Under the pieces are notes generated by a model. That model searched no databases. It saw nothing but the letters and a program-made list of their open reading frames with translations, and was not told the origin of the DNA. Of a stretch of DNA of 64,000 nt, positions 11,101 through 20,197 are shown in pieces. Source of the stretch: a virus; the IMG/VR virus record IMGVR_UViG_3300021091_000016; one strand, given 5' to 3'. Numbering within the stretch: the stretch's first letter is position 1; every line of letters starts with the position of its first letter. The position numbers and the translations under genes are program-made.

Positions 11101-14100
11101 TTTTTTATATCTTCCAAAATGCTTTAATTCGTTTCTAAATAAGCACCAACCTAATAGCTTATGAGTAGAATGGAATTGCTTTTCATCTAAACCATTATCA
11201 ATATCTGAGGCACCATACTTACGAGTTTCTAACTCCACAGCAAAGCTTTGAACAGTGACTTCACACATATCTCCATTATTAGACCATGCAACATCTGCAA
11301 TTCTACCAGAAAGTAGAATCGTCAAGTCCTTTGGATTAGATGAATATCCCGCGCGCAATTGACAACAAACACCAGGTCTAAGTACAACTGATTGAATTGG
11401 CTCAGACGACGGAACCTGTCCAAATTGTTCTTTCTCAATAATTCTATCATTGATTTCATAATCTACATCCCTTATTACTGCAAATTTAGTACCATCCAAT
11501 GTACCGGATATATTTTGCAATCTAATTACTGCTGTATCTGCTGCAAGCTTTCTAGATTTGTATACTGTAAAATCCTTTACTGCATTAAAGGAATAAAAAT
11601 CATCAAATACAAAAATATTATCGCTATCAATAGAATCCTCTTCGATTAAATAAAATTTAAAGGTTGGATAAGCTTTAGATATATCAAATTGATTTTCTAA
11701 AAGTTTATTTCCTGAAACATCTGCAATTTCTTGAAGTACATTAACACTGATATTTGAATCGTTAGACAAACCTAATAGCTTATTTGTTTCATCCGAAGTA
11801 TTATTTCTGTCATCAAAATCTCTAAAAAAGTTTAAAGTATCCACACTTGTTTCATTAATAAAACCAGCTCTAGAACCAAATGAATTTTCTAATGTAGCGG
11901 CTCTTTCCTTTACAGAGTCTACATGCAACTGCAAATATTCTTCTGGGTTATTCTGTAAAGGATTTAATATCTCTTGAATAGTAATCAAAGAAATGTCTGT
12001 ATAATCTAAATCTGTATTACTCAGCTCTGAATCGAATTTTATTTTAGGTATAAGATCACTTAAATTAGAATTTTCTCCTAATATTGCTAACTGATTATTA
12101 AATTCACCAACACTTACAGTCAAATTTGAATCCTTCATATCTACAATTACACCTTTAGTTATACTGTCTTGTGATTGGTTTTTAAAATCAGCAGCATCAC
12201 CTGAATAAACTCCAGTTTCAAGCTTGCTCATAAAGTTGTAGGATTTTTGAAGTATATTTGTTGCTTGTGCTTTTGTTTCTTCAAGTACACTTTGAGAATA
12301 AAAATTCTTAACATAAAAAAAGCCAGGACTAATATTAATATTACTTAAGGGATTTGCTGGATCTAAAGGTAAATCAATGTCTGGATATGCATTTTCAGTA
12401 GCAAAATCAAATTCTATTTGATTTTCGGTTCCAAAACCAGAAAGATTGTTTGCGAAGAAATCATATTGCTTTAAGCTCTCTACTATTTGCACTAACAAAT
12501 TCTTTAAATAAGCTAATCTTACTTTATTCTGTTCTTTGAGCTTTTGGAAATAGTTCTTTCTTTTTTCGGCATTCTCATAACGGTAAACTCTAGGTACGTT
12601 AGCTACCATGGTTTTTTCATTTATGATTTCAACTGATTCACCTAAATTTCTTTCTATAAGATAACTATCTCTAGGACTCTCTATTGCAGGTATATATGAT
12701 GAGTCTTCTTTTTTACGAGTAAATGCTTTTTGGTTTAAATTATACACATAGCAATCATCAAATTCCTCATCGTCTAATTCGCCAAAGAATTGAGTTGTAT
12801 GTCTAAAACTAATCAAAAACAAAATCCAATCTTTAGCTATAAATGGATCGAATATATCCTTTCCTACAAATAAACTCTTTTCTTTCTCTCCAGTGTTAGA
12901 GTTTAAAAATTCAAAATTAATTAAAGATTTCAAAGCATTGTTTACGGAAATTGTAGATGCCAACTCTTGATAATCTTGCATAACAGGATTTTGCTCTACA
13001 AATTGTCGAATAACACTATTCACTAAATTCTGATGATTATCTGAATCCTCTAAATCAAGAACCAATTGATTAAAGGAATAAATTGGTTCTTGATTATTTT
13101 CTCTTTCTACATAAATTCTATTAAATAAAGCTCTTCTGTCTAATTTAGCATATACGTTAGCTCCAAATGCTACATCATCACTTGTATTTAAAGAGGTCAC
13201 AAATGTACCTCTACTTATATTTTCTAATAATCTAAATAAATTAGTACTTACTTCTGGAAGCTCTTCGTCTAATATAGACCCCTTAGCAACATTATTAGTC
13301 ATTAAGTTTTCACCGTCTAATGCAGTGTTAATTGCAATAAGAATAGCACCAAAAAGAATTGGAATACTAGCAAAATAGATGGCCACTGCAGCTACAACTC
13401 CTCCAAGAAGTGATTTTACTTTTGCAACAAACCCTTCATTATTATTTGTTAAAAATTTGTTAATTAAAGTAGACTCATAATTAGGATGAGATTTATTTAT
13501 AAAATTGTAAAATAAATAAAAGCCCCTAGAGGTTCCTTCAAAACTTGTATAATCTGTTTTTAATTTAGTAAACAATGCTTGCGCTTGTATTATATCTTCT
13601 GCTGTAGGTAATAAAGACCCGCAAACACCAAAGGTAAGATTATTAAAAAAGCTTGGTATAGGAGAGATTCCATACAATTCTTTTTGAATCATCTCATATT
13701 CTTTCTGCACATCATCTTTATTCTCAAGATAAATCTCTGGCTCAATCAAAAATACACTTGCTAAATCCTTTAAATTGCACGCCATTTTAATCAAATTAAT
13801 AATCTCTCTATTATTATAATTTCCAGTAGCATTCTCAGAAAAGCTTCCTACTGAAGAAGGGTCTGCTATATAAAAACTTAAAGGTAAGTCTTTGTTGAAT
13901 TCAAAAGTATCTGTAAGATTCTGTGCATCCCTATCATAATAAACAACTAACCCATTTGCATTGAAGTAATCATCTAAGGCGTCCTTTAACTGTTTATTAT
14001 TTTTTACATCCTTGAAATATCCAGGGTCTGCATTTATAATATTACCTACCGTATTCGTGAATATAGAAACTTCTGTATCGTTATTTAGGCTTCTGTTTTT

Positions 14101-17100
14101 ATAACTAGCTTGAAATGCTTTTCTCTGAGCATCAGTTAAATCTTTATATTTCGTATCTGAAACAGATGTACCTATTAAATCCGAGGACTTCTCTCCAAAT
14201 ACCTGTTCTAATCTTTCTTTCCAACTGTTATAGGTTAAAATATTTCCGCCACTATAATTTGGATTAAAGTCTTTATCTAAACGTGCGGATTCGGGTTCAA
14301 GCTTAACCTTATAGTCTACTATTTCGGTTTTGAATTTAACAGTTTCCTCAGAGCGTTCTTGATTTTCGTCGTCATTGTCATCGTTATTTTCAATTTCAGT
14401 ATTATTATCAAGTTTTTGCTTTAGATACAGTTCGATTGATATCTCTGAATTGTTAGGTTTATATACATAATCGTAGAGAGTATAATCTTTAAAATAAGTG
14501 TAGTCTTCATCTGGTACTTTATCTTTCCAAACATCAATCCCTTCTCCTGAATAATACTCTTTTATTGCATACTCTCCACCTTTATCTGCAGACCAAAGTC
14601 TAGGAGTAGTATTGTATTTTAGGTTTGTAAAATCATCAGTGTCTGTAATTTTATTATTTAATTTCAAATTGCGTATAGCATCGACAATATCTTTTTCTTC
14701 AGGAGTTAAACTACTTTTACTTTTTTTAGTAATTGTTTTAACTTGTTCTTCAGATTTATTAATTTCTGAACAATATTGAGTGAATGCAGCATCATAAGAA
14801 TTACTAGTTAAATTTAAATTTAAATCAAAGTGTATAAAGCCTGAATAAGCAGCAGTTCTATCGCCCATATCTCTCACCCAAGCCATACCTGAACCAAATA
14901 CATCTCCATATATTCCTAAACCATAGCCCTTAGATTGTTTAAGCATGTACCTTCTAATTAACTCTGCAATAAAAAATACATTATAGCCTGGTACAATAAT
15001 ATCTACCGCAGAACCAAAATAATGCTGACTAAAGGTATCTCTAGTTTCACTATCTGAAAAGTCTAAACCAGATTTAACTTTTATTCCAGAAAAAGATTTA
15101 ACTAATAAAGGATAGCCTTCACCTTTTTTTATATCATCAAATGAAAGCAATAGATCCCATAAATTATCTAAATGTTGCGCCATAATTTTTAAATTATGGT
15201 CTACAATTTTTATTAAATCTAATTCTTGCAACTTTTTAATAAGCTCGGGCTTCTTTAATTTTATACCCCTTAAAAAATCATCTGCTGTAAAATATTTACT
15301 AGTAAAGCTTAAATAATCACCAGGATTAGATTCAAATGCATTCTTTTTAAATACATAATCCTTAGAAACATCAGCTAAATCACAATTACTTAAAATTAAA
15401 TCTAAAGCCTTTTTCATAAATTCTTCATTAGCTTCAGTATTGGTTTTGTTAGTTAAAACCTCTTTAAATAATTCAGGATCATAGGTATTTGATTCAGAAA
15501 AACGTAAAGTGTACGCTGTGGCTCCAGGAGATGATTCTAAGGTTCTATGCTCTGTAGATTCAATAGCAATTGGTTTCTTTATATCTACCTTATAATTCTC
15601 TTGGTCTAACGGTATATGATTTATGTATTCTTCTTTAAATGAACCAAATAATCTAGTTACAAATGAATCAATTAGAATGAATGACCCGTCGGGAATAAAT
15701 TTGTATTCCCGACCATATTTATTAGTCAAGGCTCTTAGAGTTTCAATTGCTTTTGGAATTAAAGGTAAACCTACTGTTTCTTGAGCTAAATTTTTACTAA
15801 TAAAATTAAACTGATAAGTAGGCTCAGATGAAGATAAAAATTGATTAGTAGGATATTCTTGAGAAAGTATTGGAATTTGCGCAACTATATTATTTATACC
15901 TGCCGCTGTAGACACGAATGCATTTGCACCAATATCATAATTAGTTACATTGATTCCCTTATCTATGCTTTTAGATTCTTCAGATTTATTATCCTCAAAT
16001 TCATTATCTATTTGTAACACTAATGTTTTATAAAAAACATTACTTACATATTCCTTGTGTGTCCATTCAAAATATTTATTATCAGCAATGTATTTTGGCA
16101 AATTAGATAAAGCTTCTAAATCTTTTGATGTTAAATAATGTAGCCCTGTATCTAGTGTTGTATTCGTAGCAACTTCTATGTTTTCGAGTGCAGGAGTTGA
16201 TTGTCTTAAAGTTAAAGTTGAATCTGACCAAACATTATAAAAAACAACGTTTTTATAATTTATTTTATCATGCTCAAGACCGTCATCAAAATAATGTGTT
16301 TTGTCATTGGGAATATAGCTAAAGTTCTTTGCATACTTTGATTTTAAATAAAAATAATTAGTAGAAGGAGAAACTGGCTTATCTGTTATAATTCTATATC
16401 TTAATTCATCATAATACTCTTTAACATTAAGATAATCTTTATTATAAGGATTCAAATCTGTATGACTAGAATAGGAATCCATAAAAAAATCATTATCTAC
16501 ATAATATACAAACGGTCTTTTTAAGAAAATATTTGGAATCAAAGTTTGATTCCAAAGACTTCCATAATTATCATTATTTTTATATTTATCATTAAATTCG
16601 TTTTGATTTTTATCAAAATAATCCTTTAGTAGTTCTTTTACGTGCACAGGAAAAAAATCATACAAAATACTAAGCAAAGCGCTTCCAGAAGATGTAAGAT
16701 TTAACTCATAAAAATTACTTTCTTTATTTAATTTTAAACAAGAAGGATACTTTTCATTAAATTTGCGAATAATGTTGCTAACATTATAAATATTTATGGC
16801 ATGAAGATATCCTTCATTAACAAGCTCAATAAAACCTGTAGCTCGGTATTGAAAAACTACATTTATAGTTTGGTCTGAAAAAATAATAATACAATTAGGA
16901 TCAATTCTTTTAAAAAAAGCATCAAGTGTTTCATAAGCCGTTCTTATATTCTTTTCATTAAATACTTGTTCCTGTATTGGATCTATTGTTTTCCACCAAT
17001 TATTTAACCAATTTTCTGACTCAAATCCTTTTCGAAATTGAGATACAGACATTTGGCTAAAAACCATACATCCGTAAACTTTATACATCTCTTTTAAAGA

Positions 17101-17193
17101 TGTCTGGATTCGTTTTGTGCCATCTTCCTTAATAAGAAAATGCTGAGGTAAAATCCAAATATCAAAAATATCTACTAATTTATAATCGGACAT
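8116..17193 (-). CDS. Giant baseplate hub protein (~3025 aa) with Peptidase_M15-type Zn peptidase and several hydrophobic segments
   Basis: Start moved to MSDYK (ATG 17193, GAGGG upstream). SQHYFGSAVD (15001-15030), GLGIYG and FIHFD (~14824-14838) fit the M15/LAS H-x6-D...H-x-D pattern. Hub-like motifs: ADTAVIRLQN, LRPG..QLRAGYSSNP, YRGEIIILGNPQINPYD, VTHIFSMDTGFITEIKP. Confidence 0.75.
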   Translation of the reverse strand: MSDYKLVDIFDIWILPQHFLIKEDGTKRIQTSLKEMYKVYGCMVFSQMSVSQFRKGFESENWLNNWWKTIDPIQEQVFNEKNIRTAYETLDAFFKRIDPNCIIIFSDQTINVVFQYRATGFIELVNEGYLHAINIYNVSNIIRKFNEKYPSCLKLNKESNFYELNLTSSGSALLSILYDFFPVHVKELLKDYFDKNQNEFNDKYKNNDNYGSLWNQTLIPNIFLKRPFVYYVDNDFFMDSYSSHTDLNPYNKDYLNVKEYYDELRYRIITDKPVSPSTNYFYLKSKYAKNFSYIPNDKTHYFDDGLEHDKINYKNVVFYNVWSDSTLTLRQSTPALENIEVATNTTLDTGLHYLTSKDLEALSNLPKYIADNKYFEWTHKEYVSNVFYKTLVLQIDNEFEDNKSEESKSIDKGINVTNYDIGANAFVSTAAGINNIVAQIPILSQEYPTNQFLSSSEPTYQFNFISKNLAQETVGLPLIPKAIETLRALTNKYGREYKFIPDGSFILIDSFVTRLFGSFKEEYINHIPLDQENYKVDIKKPIAIESTEHRTLESSPGATAYTLRFSESNTYDPELFKEVLTNKTNTEANEEFMKKALDLILSNCDLADVSKDYVFKKNAFESNPGDYLSFTSKYFTADDFLRGIKLKKPELIKKLQELDLIKIVDHNLKIMAQHLDNLWDLLLSFDDIKKGEGYPLLVKSFSGIKVKSGLDFSDSETRDTFSQHYFGSAVDIIVPGYNVFFIAELIRRYMLKQSKGYGLGIYGDVFGSGMAWVRDMGDRTAAYSGFIHFDLNLNLTSNSYDAAFTQYCSEINKSEEQVKTITKKSKSSLTPEEKDIVDAIRNLKLNNKITDTDDFTNLKYNTTPRLWSADKGGEYAIKEYYSGEGIDVWKDKVPDEDYTYFKDYTLYDYVYKPNNSEISIELYLKQKLDNNTEIENNDDNDDENQERSEETVKFKTEIVDYKVKLEPESARLDKDFNPNYSGGNILTYNSWKERLEQVFGEKSSDLIGTSVSDTKYKDLTDAQRKAFQASYKNRSLNNDTEVSIFTNTVGNIINADPGYFKDVKNNKQLKDALDDYFNANGLVVYYDRDAQNLTDTFEFNKDLPLSFYIADPSSVGSFSENATGNYNNREIINLIKMACNLKDLASVFLIEPEIYLENKDDVQKEYEMIQKELYGISPIPSFFNNLTFGVCGSLLPTAEDIIQAQALFTKLKTDYTSFEGTSRGFYLFYNFINKSHPNYESTLINKFLTNNNEGFVAKVKSLLGGVVAAVAIYFASIPILFGAILIAINTALDGENLMTNNVAKGSILDEELPEVSTNLFRLLENISRGTFVTSLNTSDDVAFGANVYAKLDRRALFNRIYVERENNQEPIYSFNQLVLDLEDSDNHQNLVNSVIRQFVEQNPVMQDYQELASTISVNNALKSLINFEFLNSNTGEKEKSLFVGKDIFDPFIAKDWILFLISFRHTTQFFGELDDEEFDDCYVYNLNQKAFTRKKEDSSYIPAIESPRDSYLIERNLGESVEIINEKTMVANVPRVYRYENAEKRKNYFQKLKEQNKVRLAYLKNLLVQIVESLKQYDFFANNLSGFGTENQIEFDFATENAYPDIDLPLDPANPLSNINISPGFFYVKNFYSQSVLEETKAQATNILQKSYNFMSKLETGVYSGDAADFKNQSQDSITKGVIVDMKDSNLTVSVGEFNNQLAILGENSNLSDLIPKIKFDSELSNTDLDYTDISLITIQEILNPLQNNPEEYLQLHVDSVKERAATLENSFGSRAGFINETSVDTLNFFRDFDDRNNTSDETNKLLGLSNDSNISVNVLQEIADVSGNKLLENQFDISKAYPTFKFYLIEEDSIDSDNIFVFDDFYSFNAVKDFTVYKSRKLAADTAVIRLQNISGTLDGTKFAVIRDVDYEINDRIIEKEQFGQVPSSEPIQSVVLRPGVCCQLRAGYSSNPKDLTILLSGRIADVAWSNNGDMCEVTVQSFAVELETRKYGASDIDNGLDEKQFHSTHKLLGWCLFRNELKHFGRYKKQRLFQRGESKDVVITKETHIGAGDPSTSASMFEFFMSNWGYFVAAEVALCFVNFGALVGAGKEVAKVAVKEVAKEAVESTAATAGAEVVEAVAKEAVEDAAKVSGTTVLNIFSRNVFRAFGFGKEVVQNIPNWLGLGKLIRFVSGSGLNINASTKLINAELAGIEKAIVDEGFVSSQVLSQTDLILKIANQNVVDAAAQTSRLSNVLAYLGSFIGWQTQIVTRGSTLASRLWSINPTSLNVALEQYVAKGFTGSIENQATRIAIRNLVLTEITNASTNLWATGLRKAFQAVSLGAMRAVKLGVILPVLTYSVGLVWDTVSSVLSYFYNLVMGTFNPYSEALVLSPQDDALYAPHPDRYIVGSSGLASVQSDEAIKRLKRALAIGYLFYDPSKSTSTNEDILLNRTLLMDKRLNAKRGENVFKIKNSTIWEIFHEMSLRHPGWVYGARQYGQSLEYRMFFGLPNQRYFGKPLGNLEIKRLNSIIEATSKEDEDKIISLVSKETRAKIDILLTEEGTKSKRVDIMKTLLLEEWTRITKDRFIPFRNYHLISSKYNLVANNISGSNNDVINEIAILYLENNSGSMPQYTQRVIRAHDNMTEDQVHAKAVKYDNCKGFNAALRYGTAELVNAAKEMYRGEIIILGNPQINPYDICILEDEYSEMFGPIEVEAVTHIFSMDTGFITEIKPNALVTANEGLTYPVLNSVAMYDIGRELSKKADYNFRSLGDDQKKTLVTSIVDKWLEDNVKFMTMPWEKDPAVELGFTGAIKLQTGEINPDFKQVLIQRTLQELEKGNIILQSDILNPNANLGGFLTTENISATLASLGLGLALAKNRLGATPAVLVGLLGLGSSQAPTILDSQLSTPGSFLVNKLLTGDMLISQVTDGNLIQVYPLFKNNRPLVYGGYQKISLNKSVKNKLGNIFFEISEAMTMFNAISKEYSSRENIIYNRPTFVIEQTGNIAEALLPFRLPAGTVTGYLGSYTRDQVVDAASTGGRL

Positions 17194-17197
17194 TTTA

Positions 17198-18382
17198 TTA
17201 CTTACCCTCATTTTGTTTAGCTAATGCTTCTAATATTCTTTTGTTATTTTCAAATATCTTTTTATCTCTATCTTGACCAGTTAATTTTTCAGTATCATAC
17301 ATTACCTCTTGTCGATATCTTTTTAATACATCTGCTGGAAGGTTTATATGCTCATACTCATTATAATAGAATTTAGTAGTTCTATCATATTGCAACATAG
17401 ACTCTATGATATATTTTTTTATATCATATAATATAAATGGTGAATGCAATCCAACTACTATTTTGTTAAAGCCAGAGATAATACCCTTATCTAAGAAGTC
17501 TTTCTTTAGTAAGCTAAGTGGCCCATCATCAGTAGCAGCTCCTCTAGTAATATTTATTCCAAAATTTTCTGATAAGGATTTGATTTGAAGCCAATTATAA
17601 TATCTTACATATGCTGCTGATTTATAAGGTAAGCTTTCTTGAATTCCCAAATCAGCATATTTTTTAAACTTTTTAAAAATAGATAAGTTTGAATCAACTT
17701 GAGTTTTTATTACTGGTGTTTTTTCTGGATCAGAATATTCGTACTCCAACAATAAAGGCTCGTAAGAAAGCTTATTATTAATTACCTTTGTAGCAAAAAC
17801 AGGAAATGTCAATGATGTATATCTATTATTTCCTTGAGATGTATACAGGGTTTCTAAATCTGGAATGTATTTTAAATCCAAGGAATATGGTATATAATTA
17901 AAAAGCTTTAAATCTAATTCCATTTCGAATGATGAATTTGCTGGTTGATAAGAGCTTATTCTTAAACCAGTTACAGTACAATGTAAATTTCTATTATCAT
18001 ATCCGCCAATAGATTCTTTAATATACCTGTTATCTATACATACAAAAGGATTATTTCTAACCTGTATTATTAAACGATGTAGCATTAAAATCATTTCAGA
18101 TGTAAATAAAAGCTTTAATTGAATTAATATTTGGCCGCGACCAGAGGCTAACTTAGTAGTAGTCTTTGTTCTTAAGGTTTTATATCCCCAATTAAAATTA
18201 TCCTTTTGAATATTGATTGATAAAGGAGCTATAGGTAAAAATATGTCATTGATTACAAAGTTACATTTTTCTTGCAATTTACCTAAACTATCTACAACAT
18301 TTTTATAATTAAAATCATATTCAGGATTTCCTTCTGTTATATCAATAAAATCTCTATCAACAATTTCTTTAGTGACGCGCAT
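17198..18382 (-). CDS. Putative baseplate/tube-initiator protein (394 aa)
   Basis: N-terminal INDIFLPIAPLSINI...LRT...GRGQILIQLKLLF looks like a tube-fold hub domain; lies just upstream of the hub gene. Confidence 0.45.
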   Translation of the reverse strand: MRVTKEIVDRDFIDITEGNPEYDFNYKNVVDSLGKLQEKCNFVINDIFLPIAPLSINIQKDNFNWGYKTLRTKTTTKLASGRGQILIQLKLLFTSEMILMLHRLIIQVRNNPFVCIDNRYIKESIGGYDNRNLHCTVTGLRISSYQPANSSFEMELDLKLFNYIPYSLDLKYIPDLETLYTSQGNNRYTSLTFPVFATKVINNKLSYEPLLLEYEYSDPEKTPVIKTQVDSNLSIFKKFKKYADLGIQESLPYKSAAYVRYYNWLQIKSLSENFGINITRGAATDDGPLSLLKKDFLDKGIISGFNKIVVGLHSPFILYDIKKYIIESMLQYDRTTKFYYNEYEHINLPADVLKRYRQEVMYDTEKLTGQDRDKKIFENNKRILEALAKQNEGK

Positions 18383-18385
18383 TAA

Positions 18386-20023
18386 TTATTCTCCCATAAG
18401 CTTGTCAATATAACCACCAGTAATAGGCATTCTGTTATCATTCATCATCATACTTGAAGTTCCTCCTGTTTGCAAAACCATATTAGAAATATAATTAGCT
18501 TCGTATTCAGACGAAGCCGTACCTTGAACTAAATAGCTTTGTTGTTTAATCATAGGTGTTTGTCCAGGAGTAATTACTCTGTTAACCATATCCTTGTAAA
18601 ATGGTCTTTGCATTGCTTCTGCGCTCATTAAAGTATCTCTATTACCAGTAGGTACTAATTGTTTATTTCTAATGCGCTCAGAAACTCTACTGTCTGTAAA
18701 TATCTCCTCAGGCATAAGCTCCTCAGTATCAGTATTTGAGCTTAAGAAATAAGATGCTCCTAACACAGCGGCAACACCTGCACTAAATCTTAAATTACTT
18801 ACACGAGCTAAATCCTCAGCTACTGCAGACATAACAGATGGTCTTTTTGCACCCATTAAATCTTCAAATATTGCTTGTTGTTCCTCAGAGCTAAAGCCCG
18901 CATTTGCAACTACAGATTCTAGTACGCTGGTATTTCTTACCAGCTTCATATAATTCTCTTGAGTTATTTTATCTGTTTTAGAGGATGATAATAGTTTTGC
19001 TAATATGTTATCAGACGAATATGTGTGAAGTCCTCTTTTACGTACCTGATTCACAATATTGTCTAAACCTGCAAATACATCCTCTAAACTAAATCTCATA
19101 CCTCCATTACTCATCAAATCTGCTTCATATTGTGCAGCTAATTCTGGAGGTAAATTGCTAACCTTTACGCTTTTAGCAATTAACTCCTCGGTAAACATAG
19201 TGTCTTTAAAGATTTGCTCTCTTAAGAAATCTTTAAATGCAGAGCTGTCACCTGTTCTGAATGCAGTATTCAAATGCTCTGTAAATAATTCACCAATATT
19301 AGTAGCTAATGGTAGTGATTTAGATTTAATAACAATTGATTCTTGTGCAGCAGAAATCAATGTTTGAGCTGCTAAGTCGGTTTTTCGAATAGCTTGTATA
19401 TCGGCGCCAGATTCCATAATAGAATAAGCCGCACCAACCGCTGCTGTTTTAACAGCAACGTCAACAGAACCAACACTACCCTTAAGAATACGTTCCTTTG
19501 TAGATTCAGAGGTTAATAAGGCCTCGTAGCTCATATCCTCAACACCCATGCGTTTTGCTACAGTTTTCATTGCATCCTTTGCTATTTCCATATTAATAAC
19601 AAACATTGCACCAGTCTTTTGCATTTCCTTAACGTTTTTACTTATTTGACTTCTAAAGGCTGCAGCACTTTTCTCATTGTTCATGATCGCTTGATAAATA
19701 TCACCATCAAAGTCACCCACCCCAGCTCTAGACAAGTCAGTACGTACTTTAACCTTATAATTACCAAATGTACTGCCTTGCTTCTGAGATTCAAATTCTA
19801 CTTCTGTTTCAAATTCAGGAATCAATAACTGACCTTGACCTAAACCAACTGCAGCAGAATAATTACTCTTATATACATGTAGTAATTCATCTAGTATTTC
19901 TGATGGTTGCAAAAACTTAGCCTCCTCAGGGTTTATTCCAGAGTTGATGGCTTTTTGTTTTTCTAACTCTAATTCCTTTAAGGCATTTATGTGTTCTTGC
20001 TTATAACCCTCATAGGTCTCCAT
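18386..20023 (-). CDS. RNA polymerase beta'-like catalytic part (545 aa as called); probably the C-terminal part of a readthrough or split gene
   Basis: GQGQLLIP...DLSRAGVGDFDGDIY (DFDGD at 19700-19714) matches beta' GKAIQLHP...YNADFDGD. No SD before ATG 20023, and the frame stays open upstream to the TGA at 20195-20197. Confidence 0.75.
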   Translation of the reverse strand: METYEGYKQEHINALKELELEKQKAINSGINPEEAKFLQPSEILDELLHVYKSNYSAAVGLGQGQLLIPEFETEVEFESQKQGSTFGNYKVKVRTDLSRAGVGDFDGDIYQAIMNNEKSAAAFRSQISKNVKEMQKTGAMFVINMEIAKDAMKTVAKRMGVEDMSYEALLTSESTKERILKGSVGSVDVAVKTAAVGAAYSIMESGADIQAIRKTDLAAQTLISAAQESIVIKSKSLPLATNIGELFTEHLNTAFRTGDSSAFKDFLREQIFKDTMFTEELIAKSVKVSNLPPELAAQYEADLMSNGGMRFSLEDVFAGLDNIVNQVRKRGLHTYSSDNILAKLLSSSKTDKITQENYMKLVRNTSVLESVVANAGFSSEEQQAIFEDLMGAKRPSVMSAVAEDLARVSNLRFSAGVAAVLGASYFLSSNTDTEELMPEEIFTDSRVSERIRNKQLVPTGNRDTLMSAEAMQRPFYKDMVNRVITPGQTPMIKQQSYLVQGTASSEYEANYISNMVLQTGGTSSMMMNDNRMPITGGYIDKLMGE

Positions 20024-20197
20024 CTTTTGATTTAAGTGCGCTTTTAAAGCACTGTCATCATTTAAATGATCAATACTATTAATTGAATCTAAATCATCTA
20101 AAACATATTGATTTGTTTTATAGGTTATAGGCTTGTCATCTTTATCAAGTACCTCTACTGCCTGTGATTTAGCTTGATCGTAATAAGTAAGAGGTCA
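20024..20197 (-). other. In-frame TGA plus 57 sense codons joining two ORFs (candidate recoding site)
   Basis: GAA ATT GAA TGA CCT CTT ACT TAT...AAT CAA AAG ATG GAG. The 171 nt translate without a stop to PLTYYDQAKSQAVEVLDKDDKPITYKTNQYVLDDLDSINSIDHLNDDSALKAHLNQK. Confidence 0.9.

Noticed and set aside
20140-20197. Selenocysteine insertion at the UGA
   Set aside because: No redox or Cys-type context, the site is in a variable-looking linker, and the downstream stems are not a recognisable bacterial SECIS. Not formally excluded without a bSECIS search.
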